From: a virus
Taxonomy: Duplodnaviria; Heunggongvirae; Uroviricota; Caudoviricetes
Direction: 5' to 3' (one strand)
Length of the DNA stretch: 64,000 bases
Virus record (IMG/VR): IMGVR_UViG_3300027156_000002
The translations under genes were made by a program, and so were the position numbers. Shown here piece by piece: positions 19,866 to 28,179 of this stretch (its first letter is position 1; each line of letters opens with the position of its first letter). The notes under the pieces were generated by a model that worked only from the letters and a program-made list of their open reading frames with translations, was not told the origin of the DNA and made no database searches.

Positions 19866-21659
19866 ATGGCTAAACCACCGATGATGGTCCACGTTCAATC
19901 GAGCGACTTTAAGAAACTGTTGGAAGTTCAACAGTTATCGCTGGAGCACGTTCAAACAATTAGAACACTCGTTGAAACTGGGTCTCCAGCTAAACGTGAA
20001 GAAGACATGCTTAAAGTTCAAAAGAAACAACTTGAACAACAACAAGAACTTGTTGAAGTAAGTAAAGTTTCTGCAGAAGAATTGAAACGCATCAAAGGCG
20101 AAGAGTCAGAAGCGATTGCAAATATTGCACAGACTGTTAAAACATTCGACTCAATTAAAGATAAATTTGCGAACTTCGGAAAGGGATTAGCTGATAAATT
20201 CGGATCAGTTAGAGCAACAGGAACAACCGCACTTAAAGCAATTAATGTTGGTGGTATCTTCGATAAGAAAATTGCTTCAAGAGAATTCGCTGATCAACAA
20301 AAGAAACTTGGAAGTGAAAAGTCTTATAAAGAACTTGGACAAGATTTCGAAGAACGAAACAAAACAGCAAAGAGTATTAAGTCCAATGAAGCTGAGTTGG
20401 AGAAGTTTAAAAAAGATACTGGATTAAATGATAAACAGATAGCTGGTACTAAAGAAGGACAGCGTTTATTGTCTAAACGTGAATCCTTATCTGATGCATT
20501 TGCTAAAACAGATTTACGTGCTAATCTTATAGCAAAACCACAACCAGCTGGAACTGAGAAGAGCAATAAAGAACAGAATGATGCGGTAAATGTTTCTGAA
20601 GAAGAAATGGAATCTTCTCGCAGAGAAGAAGCCCAAACTAAACTACTGCAAGAAATATCAAAGAACACATCTGCTCTTGGCGGAGATAAATCAAAAGCAG
20701 CTGCTCCTAGTGATGGTGGAGGAATGGGTGCTGGTTTGTTAGGTGGTCTTGGAGCAGGATTTAAAGCATTAGGTGCAGGTCTTTCTTCATTAGGTAAAGG
20801 TATTGGTGGCGCAATCAAGGGGATACTAATTGGTATTGCACAAGGTGTTTCTGCTTTGGCGAATCCAAAGGTAATGTTAGGTCTTGCTGCTGCAGTTTTA
20901 GCGTTTATGGGTATTGGTAAAGCACTTGAGTATGCTGCACCATTTATGGAAGCATTCGCACCAGTTCTAATCAAGGTAGCAGATGTAGTTCAAAACGTAT
21001 TCGTAGCTGCTATTCAACAAATTCCAAGTGTAATTACAGCAGTCGGTGATGTAGTTATGGGTGTTATTGGTACGATTTCTGAAGCAATCATTGGAACTAT
21101 TGATGCGATCACAAGTTCAATCGAAAGACTAGCTGCTATTGATGGTATGAATCTTATGCAGGTCGGTGCTGGTCTTCTATCAGTATCGTTTGGTATGGCT
21201 GCTTTTGCTGCAGCCAACGTTGCTAGTGGTTTAAGTAACTTGGTTACTGGTTTCCTATCATGGGCAGGTGGGCAAAAAACTCCTGTCGATCAAATTATTG
21301 CTCTTGGTGAACAAGGACAAAATATTGAGAAAGCAGGTATTGGTGTTGAGAAACTCGGTGCTGGTCTAAGAGTATTCTCTGACATTAAACCAGAAAACAT
21401 TAAAGCAATTGCTGCTTTACCTGTTGAAAAAATTGCTGCTATGGGTGCAGCGATGGGACAAGCGAACTTTGTTTCTAATCAATCAGCTGCCAATGACGGA
21501 GCTAGAACTGCAGCGATGGGTGCCAGCGCAAGTGGTGGTGGAAATACAGTTGTAGCACCAGTTACAAATAATCAAACCACTCAAAATTCAATAGTTCAAT
21601 TACCTGTTCGTAATCAAGAACAGACAATGAATCGTTATATAAGAACACGATTTGCATAA
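19866..21659 (+). CDS. gp29-like baseplate hub/tape-measure protein
   Basis: Long coiled-coil followed by Gly/Ala-rich amphipathic repeats; ends GGNTVVAPVTNN; follows gp26/gp51. Confidence 0.7.
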   Translation: MAKPPMMVHVQSSDFKKLLEVQQLSLEHVQTIRTLVETGSPAKREEDMLKVQKKQLEQQQELVEVSKVSAEELKRIKGEESEAIANIAQTVKTFDSIKDKFANFGKGLADKFGSVRATGTTALKAINVGGIFDKKIASREFADQQKKLGSEKSYKELGQDFEERNKTAKSIKSNEAELEKFKKDTGLNDKQIAGTKEGQRLLSKRESLSDAFAKTDLRANLIAKPQPAGTEKSNKEQNDAVNVSEEEMESSRREEAQTKLLQEISKNTSALGGDKSKAAAPSDGGGMGAGLLGGLGAGFKALGAGLSSLGKGIGGAIKGILIGIAQGVSALANPKVMLGLAAAVLAFMGIGKALEYAAPFMEAFAPVLIKVADVVQNVFVAAIQQIPSVITAVGDVVMGVIGTISEAIIGTIDAITSSIERLAAIDGMNLMQVGAGLLSVSFGMAAFAAANVASGLSNLVTGFLSWAGGQKTPVDQIIALGEQGQNIEKAGIGVEKLGAGLRVFSDIKPENIKAIAALPVEKIAAMGAAMGQANFVSNQSAANDGARTAAMGASASGGGNTVVAPVTNNQTTQNSIVQLPVRNQEQTMNRYIRTRFA

Positions 21660-21660
21660 C

Positions 21661-21690
21661 AAAAAAGGGAGCCGAAGCTCCCTTTTCTTT
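21661..21690. terminator. Bidirectional intrinsic terminator (cUUCGg loop on the minus strand)
   Basis: AAAAAA-GGGAGC-CGAA-GCTCCC-TTTTCTTT between the convergent gp29-like and gp32 genes. Confidence 0.9.
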
Positions 21691-21703
21691 TCTACTCTAA
21701 AGA

Positions 21704-22609
21704 TTAATCTTCTTTAGCAATCTTCTCAAAATAAGACATTACATCTTCATCATCGTCACTTGCTGACGCAATAGATGGTGCAGGTTTACTTGCGATCTTT
21801 GGTGCAGCAGCAACTGGACGTTCTTCTTCAGAAAGTTCTGCAGCAGATTTGCTAGCAAAAGAATCACCAGAAAGAACTTCCTCAAGTTTCTTCTTCAACT
21901 CATCATAAGACTTGAAGTTCTTACGATCGAGGAACTCTGCCAATTTGTGTTGCTGGTTTGCAATCTTGAGGATAGCTTCATCATCATTTGAAATTGCGGT
22001 AGGATCAGCAAACGCAGATTCGTCATAGTTAGTGTAACCATCTTTCTTACGCATACGCAGTTTGAAGTTGGCACCTTCCCAGAAGTCAAACACGTTTACT
22101 GGCTTCTCATCTTCAAAGGTTGGACGTGCTTTGTCCATAATCTTATCAAAGATTTTCTTACCAAATTTAAATAGGAATACTTTACCTTCGTTCTCTGGAT
22201 GCTTAGGATCAGAAACAACCAACACGTTAGCGATAAAACTTAGTTTACGCTTTTGTGCTTGAGCAATTTTCTTGTTCGCATCAGAACCAGAGTTCCACAG
22301 TTGAGTGTTCAATTCACCAACAGGGTCGTTCTCACCAAGAGTAGTGAGGGAATTTTCGATATACCATTTCCCAGTTGGACCTTGGAATCCATGAGAAAAG
22401 ATACGTACCCAAGGTAGCTCATCACCTTCTACACGTGGTAGGAAGCGAAGTGTGGCTGTGCCATTACCTGCTTTATCACCTTCTAGTTTCCAGAAGCGAT
22501 CGTCAGCGTATGACTTAGTTTGGGTTTGGGGATTTGCGATTTTCTCGAACTCTCCAGCGATTTTGCCGAAGTCAGAATTGCGCATCTTGCGAAGTGTTTG
22601 AATGTCCAT
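21704..22609 (-). CDS. gp32: Single-stranded DNA-binding protein gp32
   Basis: DDRFWKL..AGNG.ATLRFLP..GFQGPTGKWYIENSLTTLG..FDFWEGANFKL; acidic tail. Confidence 0.97.
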   Translation of the reverse strand: MDIQTLRKMRNSDFGKIAGEFEKIANPQTQTKSYADDRFWKLEGDKAGNGTATLRFLPRVEGDELPWVRIFSHGFQGPTGKWYIENSLTTLGENDPVGELNTQLWNSGSDANKKIAQAQKRKLSFIANVLVVSDPKHPENEGKVFLFKFGKKIFDKIMDKARPTFEDEKPVNVFDFWEGANFKLRMRKKDGYTNYDESAFADPTAISNDDEAILKIANQQHKLAEFLDRKNFKSYDELKKKLEEVLSGDSFASKSAAELSEEERPVAAAPKIASKPAPSIASASDDDEDVMSYFEKIAKED

Positions 22610-22626
22610 TTTATTACCTTTCGTAT

Positions 22627-22851
22627 TTACGGAGTATCGTCGTTTGTATTAGTATTATGTTGTATAAAAATCTCATCATGAATTTCAAGTTCATCCTCGA
22701 AAGGATCATCATAATCTTCTTCAACATAACTATTTAGCGTTTTCATACCTCCACTCTTTTTGTTGTTAGAATGTTTGGCATGTTTACCAGATCGCTTACT
22801 GGTTTGCTCATCATCGAATTTCTTCGAATGATTATTCCAAGTCTTACCCAT
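22627..22851 (-). CDS. Hypothetical protein (basic N-terminus, acidic C-terminus)
   Basis: 74-aa ORF in operon order between gp59 and gp32. Confidence 0.55.
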   Translation of the reverse strand: MGKTWNNHSKKFDDEQTSKRSGKHAKHSNNKKSGGMKTLNSYVEEDYDDPFEDELEIHDEIFIQHNTNTNDDTP

Positions 22852-22852
22852 T

Positions 22853-23467
22853 TTATAACTCTTTTACTTCTTCCAAGAAATTATCAAAAACCTTTTTAAT
22901 TTTAACATTTTCGTATTTCACGAAACCTTTAGATTTTTCTATTCTACGTATTTCATTTTCCCAAAGTAATATCATTGATGAGTTAGTTTTCCAAGAATCA
23001 ATCATAGGATGAAAGTCGTCAATAATTCTGACAGTTTCAAGTGTTATCTGATTACCAAGGAATAATTTAAGTATACTACAATAACCTTTATTTGTCAAGT
23101 TAAAAATAGAATCTTCTTTAAATTTGTTCTTGCAAGCATCCAATAAAATTCTATTGCAATCATCAGAAAAGATTTTAGTAATACTCTGCTTTCTTCGATT
23201 CCACTCAATTAAATTACTATCTGCTTCTTCCATTGAATAAACCGCAGTATCGCTACCGTAAGCAAAGTTTGCAACATAGTATTGTATTAGTTCTTTGTCT
23301 ACTGGATATTTTCTTGCAAGTTTCTCAAACATAAGACGATCATTCCTAGCATTAAATGCATCACGTGTTCCCTTTAGGTTACCACGATTTTTAAATACAT
23401 CGAAATTGTCTTTAGTGAAATGGAGTCTGACAGCTATGTAATACTTATACGCTTTGAATCCGTCCAT
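22853..23467 (-). CDS. gp59: Helicase loader gp59
   Basis: YKYYIAVRLHFTKDNFDVFK..FEKLARKY..ITLET. Confidence 0.88.
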   Translation of the reverse strand: MDGFKAYKYYIAVRLHFTKDNFDVFKNRGNLKGTRDAFNARNDRLMFEKLARKYPVDKELIQYYVANFAYGSDTAVYSMEEADSNLIEWNRRKQSITKIFSDDCNRILLDACKNKFKEDSIFNLTNKGYCSILKLFLGNQITLETVRIIDDFHPMIDSWKTNSSMILLWENEIRRIEKSKGFVKYENVKIKKVFDNFLEEVKEL

Positions 23468-23682
23468 TAGACATCCAGTTGTGCTTTCTTAGGGAGATAA
23501 TTAAGTTCTTGCATATTGAGTGCTACCTTTTCCTTCAAAGACTTGTTGACTAACTTAGCAATGTCTTGTGGTTCAAGATAGTTTTCTTTACAGTATTCAA
23601 GAATAGCGTCCATATGAGTGATACGCTTTTCATTGACAACCTGTTCAATGTAAAGAGAAAATTCGTTTGATGTTTTAAACAT
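23467..23682 (-). CDS. gp33: Late transcription coactivator gp33
   Basis: Start moved to ATG 23682: MFKTSNEFSLYIE..MDAILEYC..KSLKEKV..LNYLPK. Confidence 0.88.
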   Translation of the reverse strand: MFKTSNEFSLYIEQVVNEKRITHMDAILEYCKENYLEPQDIAKLVNKSLKEKVALNMQELNYLPKKAQLDV

Positions 23683-23947
23683 TCGTAGTGTGTTTATTGA
23701 GGTAGTAATTGGCTGTTCTAATAGCATGATTAAGTTCAGAATATTCTTTCGATTTAATATTATAAAGTTTCCAGATGTTAGTATCTGTTTTTTCGGGATC
23801 CATTTTGTTACCGAATTTATCAAGATACAAACTGAAAAATTTGTCAAGTTTCATCTTGTCATTCAATAGGCTAATGTAAAGATCTTGCACTTCCTTTACG
23901 TCGCCCATATGACTTGCAGATACAATTTTATTCAATTTAGCGTTCAT
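23675..23947 (-). CDS. Hypothetical protein
   Basis: 90-aa ORF overlapping the gp33 start. Confidence 0.6.
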   Translation of the reverse strand: MNAKLNKIVSASHMGDVKEVQDLYISLLNDKMKLDKFFSLYLDKFGNKMDPEKTDTNIWKLYNIKSKEYSELNHAIRTANYYLNKHTTNV

Positions 23948-24186
23948 TATTTAGTCTTTCGTTGTATATAATCAATAACTTCTATTGCGTCTTTATATCC
24001 AGACAACTCTACTGCTTGTTCCAGATAATCTTGGGACTGCTCAATGTATTTGGCACGTTGCATTTTAGCAAGTTCAACAATGTTCAGTTCATAAAACTCT
24101 TGATCCGTAGAACCATCGTTATAAACATGTTCCCAAGTGCCATCTTGCTTCAAGCGAATCTTCATCAGGATTTTCTTTTCCATCAA
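23947..24186 (-). CDS. Hypothetical protein
   Basis: 79-aa ORF coupled to both neighbours. Confidence 0.55.
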   Translation of the reverse strand: MMEKKILMKIRLKQDGTWEHVYNDGSTDQEFYELNIVELAKMQRAKYIEQSQDYLEQAVELSGYKDAIEVIDYIQRKTK

Positions 24187-24533
24187 CCTCTCCTCATTCT
24201 AGCAATGTCAACTGCTTGTTCATCAGAAAAAATAGGAACAGCATTCGACTTATGCATGGTGCCAATACCTTTGATCGCAGTACCAGTATACACTTTATCA
24301 GGTGCTTTAGTACATGGACCACCAGTAAAGGGGAGACTCGGAATCTTAGGTGTCTCACGACAAGCAGGTGTACCGAGTGAGTATACATCACTGAGTGATT
24401 GTTCTTTCCTAGGAGCAACCTTCTTTGTGGCATACTTCTTCAACATGGCTTCCCATGATGCTTGCAACTCACGTTGCTTTGCATTTTGTTTACGTTTCTT
24501 GGATCGACCAAGACTGGTGTGAATAAGAATCAT
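24183..24533 (-). CDS. Conserved T4-like hypothetical protein
   Basis: KVYTGT..GIGTMHKSNAVPIFS.EQA.DIARMRR motif; start placed just below the promoter. Confidence 0.75.
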   Translation of the reverse strand: MILIHTSLGRSKKRKQNAKQRELQASWEAMLKKYATKKVAPRKEQSLSDVYSLGTPACRETPKIPSLPFTGGPCTKAPDKVYTGTAIKGIGTMHKSNAVPIFSDEQAVDIARMRRG

Positions 24534-24539
24534 AATATA

Positions 24540-24568
24540 ATTATACCTCAATATTGAATTAAAGTAAA
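24540..24568 (-). promoter_or_regulatory. Sigma70-type early promoter
   Basis: TTTACT-17-TATAAT with TTAATTCA directly after the -35. Confidence 0.8.
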
Positions 24569-24572
24569 GCAG

Positions 24573-25127
24573 TTATTTGCAAAGTTCTTTAAAGGTTTTG
24601 ACCTCGAATTCACCCCATCTTTTATAGGATCTGGGTGCCAAATCTCCAGTCTTAGATGAGAATGCAAAGTCAACTCCACCTTTCATCATTCTGGTTTTCC
24701 AATCATGAAGTGGAATAAGAAACATTCTATAATTTGTTTTATTACGTCGGTCGTCTAAGTGTGTTATGAATATACGTAAATGACCATGTTTATTTTTTAA
24801 TGCTGCTGGGGATAATACTGCAGCGTTGTTTGTATACTGATGCTTATCTTTATATTTGTTATGTTTTCTGGCACGAGCAGTCATATATTTTGCATCAGAA
24901 CCATCTGTATAATCTTCGCCATCTTTATTAGATTTTTTCAATTTTTTATTGTTGTCGAGAATAGCTTGTTCTAGAAGATTACTTACAGAAACACCACCCC
25001 ATATCGCCAGTGTTTTTGCTTGTTCAAGACTGATACCAGCAGTACTAGATTTACTTAATTTTTTCCACAAAAATTCTATTGCTGCTTGATCTGAAATGGT
25101 TGTATTTTCACTATGGTTAGTTGACAT
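24573..25127 (-). CDS. Hypothetical protein, possible PD-(D/E)XK nuclease
   Basis: DYTDGSDAKY resembles a D-x(n)-D-x-K catalytic motif. Confidence 0.45.
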   Translation of the reverse strand: MSTNHSENTTISDQAAIEFLWKKLSKSSTAGISLEQAKTLAIWGGVSVSNLLEQAILDNNKKLKKSNKDGEDYTDGSDAKYMTARARKHNKYKDKHQYTNNAAVLSPAALKNKHGHLRIFITHLDDRRNKTNYRMFLIPLHDWKTRMMKGGVDFAFSSKTGDLAPRSYKRWGEFEVKTFKELCK

Positions 25128-25136
25128 AATATATCC

Positions 25137-25349
25137 TTAAACGATTTTACTAATCGAAACATCATACGTCACTCTTTCCATTTTGTGATCATAAACGTGC
25201 ATTCTGGAAGAAATGCCAACAGCATTAAACATATTTTCGAACAGTTGACGCACAACTGTATTGACAGCAACAAAATCGCCAACGCCACGTTTGATAGCAG
25301 CACCTGTAGTATAAAAAGATACGCCATTCACAATAACACGATATTTCAT
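25137..25349 (-). CDS. Hypothetical early protein
   Basis: Preceded by an AAAAGGA SD and a promoter. Confidence 0.65.
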   Translation of the reverse strand: MKYRVIVNGVSFYTTGAAIKRGVGDFVAVNTVVRQLFENMFNAVGISSRMHVYDHKMERVTYDVSISKIV

Positions 25350-25378
25350 AACAGTTCCTTTTCAATCATCATAAGACT

Positions 25379-25466
25379 ATTATACACTGGATCTGAATTA
25401 TTGTAAACCCCCCAAAAAACCCCTATAAAATCAACGACTTAGATACCCTACGATCTGTAGGGTTAT
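25379..25466 (-). promoter_or_regulatory. Early promoter cassette with upstream IHF-consensus site and palindrome
   Basis: TTTACA-17-TATAAT at 25407-25379; AATCAACGACTTA (WATCAANNNNTTR) at 25429-25441; ACCCT-N9-AGGGT at 25445-25463. Confidence 0.75.
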
Positions 25467-25735
25467 TTTTTAGTAGGGGTATTTCCTTGTCCATGAGCCA
25501 CTGCGTAGGCTACGCACATAACATCACCACTGGAATATGCACATTTTACTGCCACTGGGTCAATACCTTTAACGATTGCTGATTCAATATTTGACTTAAT
25601 AGCGTTGGTTTGATGATAACTATAAAACGTAAAACATACTAATGCTGTCATAACGATTAATGTTATACCAATGATAAACCCAAGTTTATCTTTACTGTTG
25701 TTAGTTAATTCTGGCATTTTAGTTCTCCTTACCAT
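25463..25735 (-). CDS. Small single-TM hypothetical protein
   Basis: Hydrophobic stretch FIIGITLIVMTALVCFTF. Confidence 0.6.
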   Translation of the reverse strand: MVRRTKMPELTNNSKDKLGFIIGITLIVMTALVCFTFYSYHQTNAIKSNIESAIVKGIDPVAVKCAYSSGDVMCVAYAVAHGQGNTPTKK

Positions 25736-25920
25736 GTTCCATCATCTATAATACCTCGAATCCAAACTGGACCGAGACTAATAAAAATCCCACGCATTGC
25801 AGGATTTAAATCATCTGGATGTAAAAAATCAAAACGCAGTTCCCAATGACATGGGTTAACAACTACACCAAACCACATTCCTGAATATCTTGCGTATTTA
25901 ATTAATGTCTTTAACTGCAT
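25729..25920 (-). CDS. Hypothetical protein
   Basis: MQLKTLIKYARYSGMWFG..DDGTW; start moved to 25920. Confidence 0.55.
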   Translation of the reverse strand: MQLKTLIKYARYSGMWFGVVVNPCHWELRFDFLHPDDLNPAMRGIFISLGPVWIRGIIDDGTW

Positions 25921-26464
25921 CACATAACCCCAAATCTTTTGCTTCGGTTGCTGATAACCACATATCTTGTGGAGGTAAAAGCACTTCACGAATTTTCTTC
26001 TCAGATAATCCTGTGCATTTTTTATAATGACTAATCATACGTTTGGTCGTCAAGTCAAACTCTTTGACTGTTGCGAACAACTCATGTTCTTTGCCGAACG
26101 CACCCCATGAATACTGGTGTGACAGAATAGAAGTATTCGGTGTAAGAATACGATTTCCCTTTTCGCCAGCAATAAAAATCATAAGACCAGCTGAAGCGAT
26201 TTGACCAAGACCAATTGTTCTAATTGGAATGGCTGAACCACGCATAGTATCAACTAATGCAAATGCTGCATTTAAATCTCCGCCTGGAGAAGTGATTACC
26301 ATGTTAAGTAAGTCAGCACGATCTTCTTGGAAATTGTTTTCAAAGATCCATTCTACTGCTTGTTTACAAGTTGCTAATGTAACTTCTTCCATTAACAAGA
26401 AGAACGAATGACGTGAGTGTTCTTCTTTTACCTGTAAATTCAATTTTTGCATCATATTTTGCAC
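25898..26464 (-). CDS. clpP: ClpP-family serine protease subunit
   Basis: ITSPGGD, GQIASAG (catalytic Ser), SHQ (His), DMWLSATEAKDLGLCD. Confidence 0.9.
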   Translation of the reverse strand: MQNMMQKLNLQVKEEHSRHSFFLLMEEVTLATCKQAVEWIFENNFQEDRADLLNMVITSPGGDLNAAFALVDTMRGSAIPIRTIGLGQIASAGLMIFIAGEKGNRILTPNTSILSHQYSWGAFGKEHELFATVKEFDLTTKRMISHYKKCTGLSEKKIREVLLPPQDMWLSATEAKDLGLCDAVKDIN

Positions 26465-26466
26465 CT

Positions 26467-26994
26467 TTAATCCTTGTAAAAAATGTGTCTACCAATTACT
26501 GTAGTCTTCTGTAAATTCTTCCAATTTGGTCGTACATAATCCGCATGATAAAATTTTGCGCCATATGTATTATCTTCTAGTACCTCATAATTAGCATAAA
26601 CATATAACGCAACTTCTAAATTTTTGTTATATACTTCTTGATTTATAGATTTTCTTGGCTCACAAAACCAAGAAAATTGACAAGCAATTCTTGTGTCGCC
26701 GATTGATTCTACCTTAGTTTTTTGTTTAACTACGCTACAAATATCTTTCGGAAACCTTGGATCTAATACTCTATTCATCGTTACCATAGCAACAGCGACT
26801 TGACCATCTCGGGGTTCATGCCCTGCTTCATAATAAATGTTTTCAGCCAAACAATCAACTTGTTGTCTAGCGTCAGTGGTTAACTGTCCATACTTAATGT
26901 TAAGTATAGTGTATCCTTTACTATAAAATGTAGCAGCAGCTGTTAGTGCTACCATTACTGCTATCGAAATAAATGTAACTCGGATTAAATTCAT
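26467..26994 (-). CDS. SleB/CwlJ-like cell wall hydrolase (Hydrolase_2) with N-terminal anchor
   Basis: CLAENIYYEAGHE..GQVAVAMVTMNRV..CQFSW..FYHADYVRPNW..IGRHIFY. Confidence 0.92.
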   Translation of the reverse strand: MNLIRVTFISIAVMVALTAAATFYSKGYTILNIKYGQLTTDARQQVDCLAENIYYEAGHEPRDGQVAVAMVTMNRVLDPRFPKDICSVVKQKTKVESIGDTRIACQFSWFCEPRKSINQEVYNKNLEVALYVYANYEVLEDNTYGAKFYHADYVRPNWKNLQKTTVIGRHIFYKD

Positions 26995-27048
26995 AAATCT
27001 CCTTAGTAAGTTAAAGAGTGTGCATGTGACTGCACACTCCGATCCCTA

Positions 27049-27318
27049 TCAGGTGGACTTCTTAGTCTTTGTATCTAGTGGGATGTTGGAAACGAAACCA
27101 TTCAGGGCAGTAGCCTTAGCAATAATTTCAGTTTCTGTTGGGATAGCAGGAAAACCTGGATGATCAGGAATCGTGCCACCATTGAGTTTAGCAGATTCGA
27201 CTTTCATATGCCAGTCGTTGCTAATTTGTTCACGCTTACCGTAATATTCATCGTTAAGCATGTCTTTCGCCATTTTTAATAGTTCAAGGCGAATCTCGAA
27301 CGGAGTCATGTTACTCAT
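27049..27318 (-). CDS. Conserved phage hypothetical protein
   Basis: TPFEIRLELLKMAKDML..IIAKATALNGFVS. Confidence 0.7.
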   Translation of the reverse strand: MSNMTPFEIRLELLKMAKDMLNDEYYGKREQISNDWHMKVESAKLNGGTIPDHPGFPAIPTETEIIAKATALNGFVSNIPLDTKTKKST

Positions 27319-27396
27319 ATTTTACTACCTTTCTGTGTTGTGTGTAAAAAGGTGGTTTTATTGGGTTCCACCAACCCACTGTCTATTATTTAGGTA

Positions 27397-27597
27397 TTAC
27401 TTTTTCGCTGCGTCAGCTTTTGGCTCTACTTTCTTAGGAGTAGGTTTCTCAGACTTAGGTGCAGGAGGACATTTACCTTGTTTGTCCTTAGTTACGCAGT
27501 TTGTTTCTTCTTTCTTTGCTTCTGGCTTCTTTGCAGGTTCTGCTGCGAAAGAAACAGTTGCGAATGACAACATTACTAATGCGATAATCGATTTCAT
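27397..27597 (-). CDS. Small secreted Pro/Lys-rich protein
   Basis: Signal peptide MKSIIALVMLSFATVSFA; AAGGA SD. Confidence 0.7.
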   Translation of the reverse strand: MKSIIALVMLSFATVSFAAEPAKKPEAKKEETNCVTKDKQGKCPPAPKSEKPTPKKVEPKADAAKK

Positions 27598-27699
27598 GAT
27601 AGTTCCTTGTAAAAGTTAATATGATCCACTGCATAATTAATGTCGCCACTTTAGTTAGTACAAGAGCCAATTGGGCATCGGTTGCTAACATCGAGCAAA

Positions 27700-28000
27700 G
27701 ACTTCACTAATTCGTGGTAGGTTATTCTGTTACGAGGAAACCTACCGAAACCCTAAGCAGTGTTTAGGCTGCTAATGCGAACTGTGCGTCGTTTGCGTTT
27801 ACGTTGTTTACTTTTTACGACTCTCTGTGTCGTGCTGTCCACTCTGTTACTTATTGCCCTGTCGAAACCATGGCACCCCCAACTGAACATACTCAGCGTT
27901 TCGCTTTGCTACCGATAACTCGGTTCGGAATATGTTCAGGTGGAGGTGGTGGGAGTCGAACCCACGTCCAGAACACCTTTCTCATTGCTTCATACAGCAA
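27700..28000 (-). ncRNA. ssrA: Circularly permuted (two-piece) tmRNA
   Basis: Acceptor piece about 28000-27939 (T arm GTGGGTTCGACTCCCAC, then CACCTCC-A-CC) lies upstream of the coding piece starting GGGGGTG at 27880 (G3.U70, A73). Tag GCA AAC GAC GCA CAG TTC GCA TTA GCA GCC TAA = ANDAQFALAA* at 27796-27764. The 3' end of the coding piece is approximate. Confidence 0.92.
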
Positions 28001-28003
28001 TTC

Positions 28004-28174
28004 TTACATTACGCCATCTTTTGTTGACTTGATTAGCGTAACTTGTCCGTTCGCACCAATAACAACTTTAAACATATCTCCCTCTTTCCATCCTTCAGGA
28101 AGTTCTTTCTGTTCAAATATAATTATATTTGGTGCAATCTCAGCATTTAATACCATTATACCCTGCTTTCTCAT
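28004..28174 (-). CDS. Small hypothetical protein (56 aa)
   Basis: MRKQGIMVLNAE..LPEGWKEGDMFKV..; read manually, below the track cutoff. Confidence 0.5.
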   Translation of the reverse strand: MRKQGIMVLNAEIAPNIIIFEQKELPEGWKEGDMFKVVIGANGQVTLIKSTKDGVM

Positions 28175-28179
28175 TAATG

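Noticed and set aside
23683-23847. Long N-terminal extension of gp33 in the ORF track
   Set aside because: It overlaps the upstream gene in another frame; family similarity starts at MFKTS (23682).
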